Shown: positions 1-7,469 of the stretch, one piece after another | How the letters are laid out: every line of letters starts with the position of its first letter | Position numbering within the stretch: the stretch's first letter is position 1 | IMG/VR virus record: IMGVR_UViG_3300032315_000413 | Coordinates: 1-60,027 of that record | DNA: 60,027 nucleotides | Source: a virus | Taxonomy: Duplodnaviria; Caudoviricetes | Reading direction: 5' to 3' (one strand) | Notes under the pieces: model-generated | What the model saw: only the letters and a program-made list of their open reading frames with translations | Databases searched by the model: none | What the model was told of the DNA's origin: nothing | Position numbers and translations under genes: made by a program

Positions 1-123
1 ATTATCCCAATCCAGAAACCGCGCAGGGTCCGCGTTGATGTTCACCTCGTACATGCGGCCTGTTTTAGGAACCGTTGTAAAATTCGCAAGCGGCGATCCG
101 CTTTTTACCAAGTCAAGCGTTCG
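1..123. repeat. Terminal direct repeat (circular assembly overlap), copy 1
   Basis: Bases 1-123 are identical to 59905-60027, and a minus-strand reading frame continues in frame across the join. Confidence 0.97.
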
Positions 124-2301
124 TTGGTACGTTTTCCGACTTGCTTCATCTAGATTGAGGTTTGCAATGTCGTCCTGAAGAACTTTTAATACGCGGTCGC
201 GTCCACCATATTTTGCGTAGGTTTTGTTGAGAGATGCGGCCAAATGTTCAGGTTCCATTGAATTATACGGCTGACCTCCAACAAAACGATCAGTGCCATT
301 AGTCAACATATCTCTGTAATTTCGCGCCACGCCTTCGTTCTCGGCAAAATACAGCCCATGCCCGTAGGCCTGCGCGCCCTCGCCCGTGCCGATCTTTGAC
401 ATATCGAAGCGGTCAAAATCATGCGGGCTGCCGTGGTACGCCTTGATGCGCCGCACCGCGTTGATCGCGTCTTTCATCGGCCCCGCTTCGGCCTCGTCGG
501 GTTGCATGGCGATGCCAGCCGCAGCCAGACCCAGCGCGGGGCGCGCGGCGCGCCGTGCGAGGTCGCGACCGCCCTTGAAGCCCAAGACGTTTGCGACGTC
601 CATGCCGACATCCATGTAGTCGGGCGCTTCGGCACCCTCGGCACCCGTGGCGACGTCGGCCATCTTGTAGAGCGACGACACCGGCAGCGCCATCTCGGTC
701 GTGTCGCGCACGTTGCGGCCAACCGTGGCAAGCGGGTCGGTCATGAGGCCAATGGCCTGATCGCGGTAGTGCTGCCCGATGCCGCGTGCCGCCATGCCGG
801 GGAGGTCGCGTGCGATCTCGCCCATGGTGCGCGCGGCGTCGCCCATCGAGTAGGACGGCATCGCGCGGTTCATGTCGCGGATGCGCGTCTGCTCCACAAG
901 ATCCGGCATGCGCCCGCGCCCCGCCAGAGCGCGCCGACGCTGCCGCTCGGCCTCCATCTCGTAGTCCACGCTGCCGCCGTCGTCGTAGCCCGCGAGGCCA
1001 CCGGAGGCCATGCCGCCGACACGTTCGCGAAACCATTTCATTAGCGGCTCAATTTCGCTGCCTTCGTAACTGAGGCTGTCCACCGTGGCTTGTTTTTTTG
1101 GATCGGTTATTTCAAACCTTGGCAAATCACGATCGGGCGTGCGTGCGGTGAGGCGACGGTGGCCCTCAAGAGCGCGCAAAAGCTGTTGCTCGTCCGGCAT
1201 CACGGTCATTTCAAACCCAACACCTGTATCCATTGGCATAAATCGCGCTGACCGTGCGCGCGTCATAAAATCGTACATGGCATCTGTTCCGCCAGCATCA
1301 ATGCCGGGAATATCTTGTATTTCACGATGGTCGGTGTATCGCTTGCCGCCCATGTAATCTCGCATGCCGCGATTAGGCACATGGAAATCGCCAATGCGTT
1401 GATAGTCTCCGGTATCTGCCTTGCCGCTCAAATCAAGCATTTGCCCTTTTGGCATGATGTACCCAGCCTCTGCTGGGTTTCGTGTAAGACCAAATTTTTC
1501 AATGGCTGATTTTACAAGCGCCTCGTCAGCCATCGGCAATTCAGTAGCCTTTACTGCGGGCTTTGGTGTAGCCCTCGCAATGGCCTTCATGCCGCGTTTT
1601 AAAATGCCACCATCGCCGAAATGCGGAACGCCCCCATCCGCAAACTTGCTCTCGTCCACTGCCTCGTTGAGGGCGGGCAATGCGAGCGCGCCTGCGCCGA
1701 TGCCTGCCAGCAGATCACTGCTGTCGCGCTTGGCAGGGTCGAACTGTGCAAAGCGGGAGCGGATGTTTTTGGGATCAAAAGATACAATCGTTTTCTCATC
1801 AGGAAAGTATGAATCAAAGCCAGCCGCTTTCATTTTGGCCGCACCCTGATCGCTACCGCCAATAATAAACGCTAATTTTTCGCCTAAAATTTTACCGTCT
1901 TTGACGTACCATTTCTCGACCCAATCGGCAGACGGACCAGCCGCAGATCGAAGTTCTGGCGTCCAATCATATTGCTGATTGGCGCGAACGCTGTTGCCGG
2001 GATTGATCCTAAGCGGCATGACATTGCCGCCCATTTGTTCTGCATACCCAGACGCAACGCTTGGATCGGTTGACGCATAAAAACCGTTGCCGTTTATTGG
2101 CGACTTGCCAGAAGCTGATCCGACCTTATCCATCGAAACGGCATCATAGTCAGACGCCCTGCCATGGTATGCCTCGACCGGGAACATCTCCTTGCCGCGC
2201 GCCACACGCGCAGCCTCGGCGGCGTCGGGCGCAGCCTTCGGCGCACGCTTGGCACCCGTCTTGAGCAACGCCTCAATGGCTTCAATGAGCGACTTACCCA
2301 T
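1..2301 (-). CDS. Polyvalent putative virion protein with two ART-PolyVal-like ADP-ribosyltransferase domains, 5' part (continues 59904->59464; 913 aa total)
   Basis: Hand translation: ATG at 2301 overlaps the terL stop, with no in-frame stop found down to base 1. Motifs AYHGRASDYDAV...GNGFYASTDPSVASGYA...GFDS...VSFDPKNIRSRFAQFDP and AYHGSPHDFDRFDMSKIGTGEGAQAYGHGLYFAENEGVARNY. Confidence 0.85.
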   Translation of the reverse strand, partial: MGKSLIEAIEALLKTGAKRAPKAAPDAAEAARVARGKEMFPVEAYHGRASDYDAVSMDKVGSASGKSPINGNGFYASTDPSVASGYAEQMGGNVMPLRINPGNSVRANQQYDWTPELRSAAGPSADWVEKWYVKDGKILGEKLAFIIGGSDQGAAKMKAAGFDSYFPDEKTIVSFDPKNIRSRFAQFDPAKRDSSDLLAGIGAGALALPALNEAVDESKFADGGVPHFGDGGILKRGMKAIARATPKPAVKATELPMADEALVKSAIEKFGLTRNPAEAGYIMPKGQMLDLSGKADTGDYQRIGDFHVPNRGMRDYMGGKRYTDHREIQDIPGIDAGGTDAMYDFMTRARSARFMPMDTGVGFEMTVMPDEQQLLRALEGHRRLTARTPDRDLPRFEITDPKKQATVDSLSYEGSEIEPLMKWFRERVGGMASGGLAGYDDGGSVDYEMEAERQRRRALAGRGRMPDLVEQTRIRDMNRAMPSYSMGDAARTMGEIARDLPGMAARGIGQHYRDQAIGLMTDPLATVGRNVRDTTEMALPVSSLYKMADVATGAEGAEAPDYMDVGMDVANVLGFKGGRDLARRAARPALGLAAAGIAMQPDEAEAGPMKDAINAVRRIKAYHGSPHDFDRFDMSKIGTGEGAQAYGHGLYFAENEGVARNYRDMLTNGTDRFVGGQPYNSMEPEHLAASLNKTYAKYGGRDRVLKVLQDDIANLNLDEASRKTYQRTLDLVKSGSPLANFTTVPKTGRMYEVNINADPARFLDWDN

Positions 2302-3781
2302 AGACCGGCCCTCCGGCGTAGCGCAGGCGGCGCTTGGTTTCGGGCAGCTCATCGACGAACCGCTCGACGGGCTTGGTGGAGCGCAACAGGTTCATGTCGG
2401 ACAGCACGCGCAGCGCCTGCGTGGCGGTGTCCATCAGGTCATCGTGCTTGACGTTGGGGAACGCGCAAAGCTGCGAGACGAGATCCTCGCACCACGAGCG
2501 TAGCTGGCCGGGGCGCTTGTCGCTCTCAGGCATCCACACTTGGCCCTGTTTGAAAAAGGGCGACGCAAGGTGCAAGCGCGCCAGCTTGTCGGCCTTGCCG
2601 GGGTTATAGGCGTAGGCAGGCACGCCAGCCTGTGCGAGATACTGCCGCAGCGACTTGCCAGCACCGATGTCCTCGATCACGATCGTATCCACGCGCCGAC
2701 CGCCAAGCTCGGGGAGCTGCGAGCCGATCAGGGGTGCGATCATCGGCTTGTCAACTTCGCCGTAGCGGAACTGCATCTCTTCCTTGACCTTGGAGACGAG
2801 ATCGGGCAGGCCCAAGCGGTCTTGCCACGCATCGAGAAGGATCACCTCCAATCGTTTGGTTTCGGGATTATTCCAAACGCCCCAGCATGAGCAGCCGGTG
2901 TAGTCGGGGTCGTTGGTCTTGTTGTCGAGCGTGCGCTCGGTGAACGCCGTGTCGAGCGAGAGCAGCACATGCTCGAACTTGGGCAACGCCTTCGATGCAG
3001 GCCACATCTTGATCCACGATCGGCGGATGATGCCGGACTCTTCGGGATCGATCAGCTCACCGTCCAGCTCTTGGCGACCCAGACGGGTTCCCTCAAGCGA
3101 CTTGATCTGATCGAAGAACGAGGGCGCAAGATTGGCGCGATTATCGTAAGTGGTGCCGCGTGTAATTACAACGTCTGCACGCTTGGTGAGATTGCGAACC
3201 AGCTCGACCGGCTTCGGCGTCGTCGTGAACATCGCACGCGGATGCTGGCCGAGGCGCAGGCCGAGCATCGCCATGTCGAACGTCTCGACGCCGTACTGCC
3301 ACGCCGCGATCTCGTCGCCCCAAATGCGATGCGCCTGCGGGCCGCGCAGACGATCAGGCTCGGTGGCGCTGAAGCCCTTGATCAGCGATGCCTTGCCGTT
3401 GCGCGACTTTATCCTGATCTCAGATAGCGACGAGTTATAGTCCAGAAGAATCTCGTGCGGGATGCACGCAAGCAATCCGCTCTCACCCTCGATGCATACG
3501 CCGCGCAAATCACCATGAGTAGGAGCAATGACATGCGTGCGCGTTTCAGGATTGCTGTAAGCATACCACCACGTCTCCTCAGCGCCCGGTCTCGTTTTCC
3601 CGAAGCCGCGACCCGCTTGCATGAGCCAGATATTGTAATTGCCGAGCGGCTCGCGCTGCGCCGGTCGAGACTTCTCAAGCCAAGCCAAGCGCGCTGCGAT
3701 CGCCGCGAGATCCGGCACATCGTAATTCGCCAGCTCGCTGCGGATGGCGTCCGGCTCCAGCGTGGCGAGATCCTGAAGCAT
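2294..3781 (-). CDS. terL: Terminase large subunit (Terminase_6 type)
   Basis: Walker A AGRGFGKT, LRGPQ...IWGDE Walker B, TTTPKP coupling motif, nuclease-domain DTA and HDDLMD. Confidence 0.95.
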   Translation of the reverse strand: MLQDLATLEPDAIRSELANYDVPDLAAIAARLAWLEKSRPAQREPLGNYNIWLMQAGRGFGKTRPGAEETWWYAYSNPETRTHVIAPTHGDLRGVCIEGESGLLACIPHEILLDYNSSLSEIRIKSRNGKASLIKGFSATEPDRLRGPQAHRIWGDEIAAWQYGVETFDMAMLGLRLGQHPRAMFTTTPKPVELVRNLTKRADVVITRGTTYDNRANLAPSFFDQIKSLEGTRLGRQELDGELIDPEESGIIRRSWIKMWPASKALPKFEHVLLSLDTAFTERTLDNKTNDPDYTGCSCWGVWNNPETKRLEVILLDAWQDRLGLPDLVSKVKEEMQFRYGEVDKPMIAPLIGSQLPELGGRRVDTIVIEDIGAGKSLRQYLAQAGVPAYAYNPGKADKLARLHLASPFFKQGQVWMPESDKRPGQLRSWCEDLVSQLCAFPNVKHDDLMDTATQALRVLSDMNLLRSTKPVERFVDELPETKRRLRYAGGPVYG

Positions 3782-4128
3782 CAGTACTTCGCCTTGGCGA
3801 TGATACCGACGATCTTCTCAAGCAGTTCTTGTTTGATCTCGTGTTTGACGCTGACGTCAGCCGTGATCTGCGTCTGCGCGAGCTTCGGGTGGATGTAGGG
3901 CGCAACGCCCTTGGCGGCATCGATGCGAATCTCGATCTCGCGGTTTTCGTCGCGCATCACGCTGGTCAAGAACTCGATTGCGGTCATGCCGGATGCGGCC
4001 ATCTCGCGCTCGCGAGCCGCCGACGCGCGGTTCGGCTTGCCCTTTCGAGAGCCGCCGCGCCGCACTTTTACTGCACTTTGCGAAGCATTCGCAACGTCAT
4101 CCAAGGCGGCATCCCCTCTTCCGAGCAT
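3781..4128 (-). CDS. terS: Putative terminase small subunit (start uncertain)
   Basis: Directly upstream of terL with overlapping stop/start. GGSRKGKPN and RIDAAKGVAPYIHPKL motifs are typical of these small basic packaging proteins. Confidence 0.7.
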   Translation of the reverse strand: MLGRGDAALDDVANASQSAVKVRRGGSRKGKPNRASAAREREMAASGMTAIEFLTSVMRDENREIEIRIDAAKGVAPYIHPKLAQTQITADVSVKHEIKQELLEKIVGIIAKAKY

Positions 4129-4199
4129 GTCAAGCCTTTGTTGATGATTACGCTGTGGAAAAGCAAGCGCCGTGATGCGGTTTGTACGCATCATTTTGC

Positions 4200-4450
4200 G
4201 ATCAATAGCTAAGTCATTGAAATACTGAATAATACTAAATAATACAAGATAATGCATTAATAGTTCAAATCAAGAATGACCGCTAACCCATTGAAATTGT
4301 TGTCTTTTTTATATTAATTAATAATAATATGAATAATACTAAGAAAGAGAGAGGTAGAGGGAAACTCGAAAACACCCCCCACCGGGGAGGTCGAAATTAA
4401 TTAGTTTAAGGCTAGGTGTCTCTGGGCAAATAACTTTAGTATTATATCGT
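4200..4450. promoter_or_regulatory. AT-rich intergenic region with 10-bp direct repeats and IHF-like sites (candidate pac/origin and divergent promoter region)
   Basis: AATACTGAAT/AATACTAAAT/AATACAAGAT in tandem at 4221-4250. GCTAAGTCATTGAAAT (4208) and GCTAACCCATTGAAAT (4282) resemble the IHF consensus YAANNNNTTGATW. Sharp GC drop between divergent operons. Confidence 0.5.
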
Positions 4451-4632
4451 TCAGACCCGCGTTCGTTTTAAGCGGGGCAGCATTTGATTGCGATCATCGC
4501 CTAAAAAGTTCGGCCAAATATATTTGGGATCGTGAATTATCCCCCCGCCGTCAAAGTTCAATTGCGGCGCTTGACAGGGAAACAATATACATTGATATGG
4601 ATAATCCACACACAATATGAGGATCACAAACA

Positions 4633-4815
4633 ATGCCCCCGCGCCCTCACGACGACCCGTCGCTACTGATCAATTTCAATATCCCCTACTCACTGCACTG
4701 CGATTTGATGCAGGAAGCTGACGCTGCCGGTGAGAACCGCAGCCGTTTTATCCGCGACGCGGTACAGCTTCGCATTCTGCTGATCCGCGAGGAACGGGCA
4801 AAAGGGCGCAAATGA
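4633..4815 (+). CDS. Ribbon-helix-helix (CopG-like) DNA-binding protein
   Basis: 60 aa: beta strand LINFNIP then helices ending NRSRFIRDAVQ. A TTGACA lies upstream at about 4571. Confidence 0.6.
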   Translation: MPPRPHDDPSLLINFNIPYSLHCDLMQEADAAGENRSRFIRDAVQLRILLIREERAKGRK

Positions 4816-4896
4816 CCGACATCACCGTCACCCTAACCGGCCCCGCCGAGCGCGCGGTTGTTTACGAGGTCACTCTTACTTTGGAGGGCAAAGCCA

Positions 4897-5397
4897 GTGC
4901 CTAATCACCGTAAGGCCGTCGAGACGCTTCAAAAAATGTGTGATCAAACCGGCATCATAATTGTCGGGCGACCCGTCGAAACGCTCGCCCTGCACCGGGC
5001 GCTCGTCGGTGTGTTTAATGCCGCCGTCGAGCGCAACGAAGCGAACGCCATGCTGCTTGCCGCCAAAAACAATCGGCAGATTGCCCTTTGCGATCCAAAC
5101 GCCGACCTCGCGTCGTACGATGAGGCACAAAGAAACGCAATAAATCACGCATCTAATTGCAGCAGAAAGATCACCAAGAAAATGGTGTCGCTGACCAATC
5201 TCGTGCGTTCGATGCCCAAACCCTGCACCACCGTGGAGATCAATTATGACCGAGATCACTTTGACCTTGAGCGGCCCCGCCGAGCGCGCGGTCGCCTACG
5301 CGGTTGGCATCGGCCTGCCCCCCGAACGGCTGATCGAGACGGCGATTCTCAATTGGATACGCCAGAACAATCTCAGCCACGTTCTGCTGGCCCCTGA
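4897..5397 (+). CDS. Hypothetical protein
   Basis: GTG start after a GGAGG RBS. The 3' end overlaps the next gene. Confidence 0.45.
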   Translation: MPNHRKAVETLQKMCDQTGIIIVGRPVETLALHRALVGVFNAAVERNEANAMLLAAKNNRQIALCDPNADLASYDEAQRNAINHASNCSRKITKKMVSLTNLVRSMPKPCTTVEINYDRDHFDLERPRRARGRLRGWHRPAPRTADRDGDSQLDTPEQSQPRSAGP

Positions 5398-5791
5398 GAG
5401 GCCGGAGAAGCCTGCCCCTCGCCCTGTGGGCCGACCGCCCAAGACGCTCGCCACGGACGCGCCCAGCCCGGTTGCGGGCCGCATTGAGGCCCTGCACCGC
5501 GACGAGGCAGGCAAGCAGATCGAGTTTGAGATATCGATCGCGGGCGACAGGGCGCGTATTCGCGTGGCAGTGCCGTGGGAGCCTGCCATCGACGCCCGCG
5601 TGCAGCTTGTGGCCCTGATGCCAATCGCTGGCATGGCATCGTGGAAAGACCTCGTCGGCAGGCTGGTGAGGCTGCTGGGCGGCGCGCTCCTGCCCCGTCC
5701 GCAGGCCGAGATCGACGCCGACATCGCGTGGCTCGAACAGCAGGATCTTGACGCGGCGGATCGCGCCGCATTGGCAAGTGTGAAAGGATAA
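5246..5791 (+). CDS. Hypothetical protein with AT-hook-like motif, immediately upstream of the GGC-NN arrays
   Basis: 181-aa ORF with phage-like codon usage and an RPVGRPPK motif. It stops 3 nt before array 1. Confidence 0.65.
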   Translation: MTEITLTLSGPAERAVAYAVGIGLPPERLIETAILNWIRQNNLSHVLLAPERPEKPAPRPVGRPPKTLATDAPSPVAGRIEALHRDEAGKQIEFEISIAGDRARIRVAVPWEPAIDARVQLVALMPIAGMASWKDLVGRLVRLLGGALLPRPQAEIDADIAWLEQQDLDAADRAALASVKG

Positions 5792-5794
5792 ATT

Positions 5795-5903
5795 GGCAGG
5801 GCAAAGCGTGGCCTAGCTGGGCATTGCGCGGCACAGCACGGCAAGGCAAGGCAAGGCAAGGAACTATTTGGTTTGGTCAAACGGTGTCTGTGACGCCGTT
5901 TGA
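5795..5903 (+). ncRNA. GGC-NN pentamer array 1 plus 3' hairpin (putative guide-like RNA)
   Basis: GGCAG GGCAA AGCGT GGCCT AGCTG GGCAT TGCGC GGCAC AGCAC GGCAA GGCAA GGCAA GGCAA (5795-5859), then a 12-bp stem TCAAACGGTGTC-TGT-GACGCCGTTTGA (5877-5903). Confidence 0.75.
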
Positions 5904-5917
5904 GCAAGCCAATGTCA

Positions 5918-5992
5918 GGCTCGGCTCGGCAGGGGCATGCGCGGCAGGGCGCCGCGATGCGCGGCTTGGCCCGGCGAGGCAAGGCAAAGCAT
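5918..5992 (+). ncRNA. GGC-NN pentamer array 2 (putative guide-like RNA)
   Basis: GGCTC GGCTC GGCAG GGGCA TGCGC GGCAG GGCGC CGCGA TGCGC GGCTT GGCCC GGCGA GGCAA GGCAA AGCAT: 15 units in unbroken 5-nt phase. Confidence 0.75.
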
Positions 5993-6060
5993 TCATCTGG
6001 CGGTCGGTTCCGCGTCAGGTGACGGTGAGGCAGGGACCACAAAAAGAGCGAGGCAAAACA

Positions 6061-6666
6061 ATGTTCATCAATGTGAGAATCGAAGGCATCACACCGCTGA
6101 TCTGCAACAAGTTTTTTGACGAGGCGGCGTTTGCAGCGTCGGGCGGAACGCGCAACTCGAGTGCGGCGCAGGAGCGCGGCACGCCGCAAGAGCAGGCTGA
6201 AAAGAAACTTTATCTTAGCTTGCGGACGGGAAAGCCAATGATCCCGCAGCCAAACCTTTTGCGGTCGCTGATCGACGGCGGCACGTTCCACAAGGTCGGC
6301 AAATCGCAAGTGACGACGTCATCGAAGTCCATGCTGTTTTCGTGCTTGGACATCGATGCGGCTGAGATCCCTCTCGAATACAAGCAACCGTGGCGCGTCA
6401 ATACGCGGGCGGTCGTAATCCCGGCAACGAAGGGCCGGATTCTGGCGCACCGGCCCATGTTCGACGATTGGGCGCTCACGTTTACGCTGATGCTCGACGA
6501 TACGATCGTGGGCGTGAAGCTGCTGCGGCAGATCGTAGACGACGCTGGCAAGCGCGTCGGCTTGGGCGACTTTCGACCGGCCAAGAAGGGGCCATACGGC
6601 AAATACTCCGTCGTGCAGTGGGAAGTGCAGTCGGCGACGACGCATCTCCAGCAGGCGGCGGAATAA
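6061..6666 (+). CDS. Stand-alone RAMP/Cas7(Csm3)-like RNA-binding protein (Vipr-like), 201 aa
   Basis: N-terminal strand INVRIEGITPLI, PMIPQPNLLRSL (compare RAMP P.IPGSSLKG.L), RPMFDDWALTFTL strand, and C-terminal Gly-rich loop VGLGDFRPAKKGPYGKYSV. Confidence 0.8.
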   Translation: MFINVRIEGITPLICNKFFDEAAFAASGGTRNSSAAQERGTPQEQAEKKLYLSLRTGKPMIPQPNLLRSLIDGGTFHKVGKSQVTTSSKSMLFSCLDIDAAEIPLEYKQPWRVNTRAVVIPATKGRILAHRPMFDDWALTFTLMLDDTIVGVKLLRQIVDDAGKRVGLGDFRPAKKGPYGKYSVVQWEVQSATTHLQQAAE

Positions 6667-6669
6667 CTG

Positions 6670-6799
6670 GGCACGGCCTGGCGAGGCAAGGCTTGGCGCT
6701 GCTGCGCACGGCGGTGCGGCGCACGGCGCGGCTAGGCTTGGAGAAGCCCGGCGAGGCGAGGCTAGGCGGTACACGGCCATGCAAGGCAAGGCAAGGGAA
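6670..6799 (+). ncRNA. GGC-NN pentamer array 3 (26 units; putative guide-like RNA)
   Basis: GGCAC GGCCT GGCGA GGCAA GGCTT GGCGC TGCTG CGCAC GGCGG TGCGG CGCAC GGCGC GGCTA GGCTT GGAGA AGCCC GGCGA GGCGA GGCTA GGCGG TACAC GGCCA TGCAA GGCAA GGCAA GGGAA, starting 3 nt after the stop codon. Confidence 0.78.
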
Positions 6800-6801
6800 G
6801 G

Positions 6802-6823
6802 CGGGGGCGAAAGCCCCCGTTTT
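6802..6823 (+). terminator. Rho-independent terminator closing array 3
   Basis: CGGGGGC-GAAA-GCCCCCG followed by TTTT. Confidence 0.85.
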
Positions 6824-6864
6824 CATGCTATCAAACAAAGCAATAATATTACCCAAATAATCTG

Positions 6865-6894
6865 TTGACGCCGATTGCATAACCCTGATAGGGT
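6865..6894 (+). promoter_or_regulatory. Putative sigma70-type early promoter
   Basis: TTGACG-N18-TAGGGT with an A/T-rich upstream stretch. Near-identical architecture at 19687-19716. Confidence 0.6.
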
Positions 6895-6927
6895 CTTTTT
6901 GAGATTGAGATTCACCCACCAAGGAGA

Positions 6928-7110
6928 ATGAAAATGACGGTTCAGGAAATTCGCGCGGCGGTCAAACGCGGCAAGGCTCAAGCGGCGGCACGCCTTGATC
7001 GCGAGATGGGTGCTGGCACGTTTGCCAAAATCGCCGCGTATAGCGCAAGCGACAAGAGCCGCGCCGCATTGGCGCATTTGGCCGCGATCTGCAAAGCGGA
7101 GGGCCGCTAA
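6928..7110 (+). CDS. Hypothetical protein
   Basis: AAGGAG RBS; first gene after the promoter. Confidence 0.6.
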   Translation: MKMTVQEIRAAVKRGKAQAAARLDREMGAGTFAKIAAYSASDKSRAALAHLAAICKAEGR

Positions 7111-7111
7111 C

Positions 7112-7210
7112 ATGCTCCGCATTTTTGCTGAAGCAATTGGCTTCCTGCTGGGCCTCGCTGGCCTGCTGGCATTGGTGCTGCTGGCTTACGCCGCCCTGTA
7201 CCTGATCTGA
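7112..7210 (+). CDS. Small single-TM peptide (32 aa)
   Basis: MLRIFAEAIGFLLGLAGLLALVLLAYAALYLI, tightly packed in the operon. Confidence 0.5.
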   Translation: MLRIFAEAIGFLLGLAGLLALVLLAYAALYLI

Positions 7211-7220
7211 GGAGATCGAC

Positions 7221-7469
7221 ATGTTCTACCACGACATGCCCGTGAGCCTGCACATCGGACGCGGCGAGGACACGCACCAAGACATCGACGCGACCGCCGT
7301 CTACACCTATCGGCCAGCGATCCGCGCGACCTACGACGACCCCGGCGACGGCCCCGAGATCGAGCTGCTGAAGGTGATGGTCGGCTACACCGACCTGTTG
7401 CCCATCATCGACGTCGATATCCACGATGACATCGTGGTCTATATTCGCGAAAATCACGAGGAGGCGTAG
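7221..7469 (+). CDS. Hypothetical acidic protein
   Basis: GAGGAG RBS and strong GC3 codon bias. Confidence 0.7.
   Translation: MFYHDMPVSLHIGRGEDTHQDIDATAVYTYRPAIRATYDDPGDGPEIELLKVMVGYTDLLPIIDVDIHDDIVVYIRENHEEA

Noticed and set aside
1-123. Biological terminal repeat of the virion DNA
   Set aside because: It falls inside a coding sequence and is best explained as assembler overlap on a circular or permuted genome.
2294-2320. RYAGG at the terL C-terminus as another GG tag
   Set aside because: The spacing differs (aromatic residue one position closer to GG) and the segment lies at the junction with the next gene's start, so it may be coincidental.
5824-6060. 79-aa N-terminal extension of the RAMP ORF (ARQGKARQG...) and antisense PCLALPC ORFs
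   Set aside because: These are translations of the GGC-NN pentamers, which rarely contain stops. The RAMP-like first strand begins at ATG 6061 after a purine-rich leader.
5795-6799. Classical CRISPR array or simple microsatellite
   Set aside because: There are no 25-45-bp repeats with spacers. Variation is concentrated in two positions per 5-mer without indels, unlike slippage repeats.
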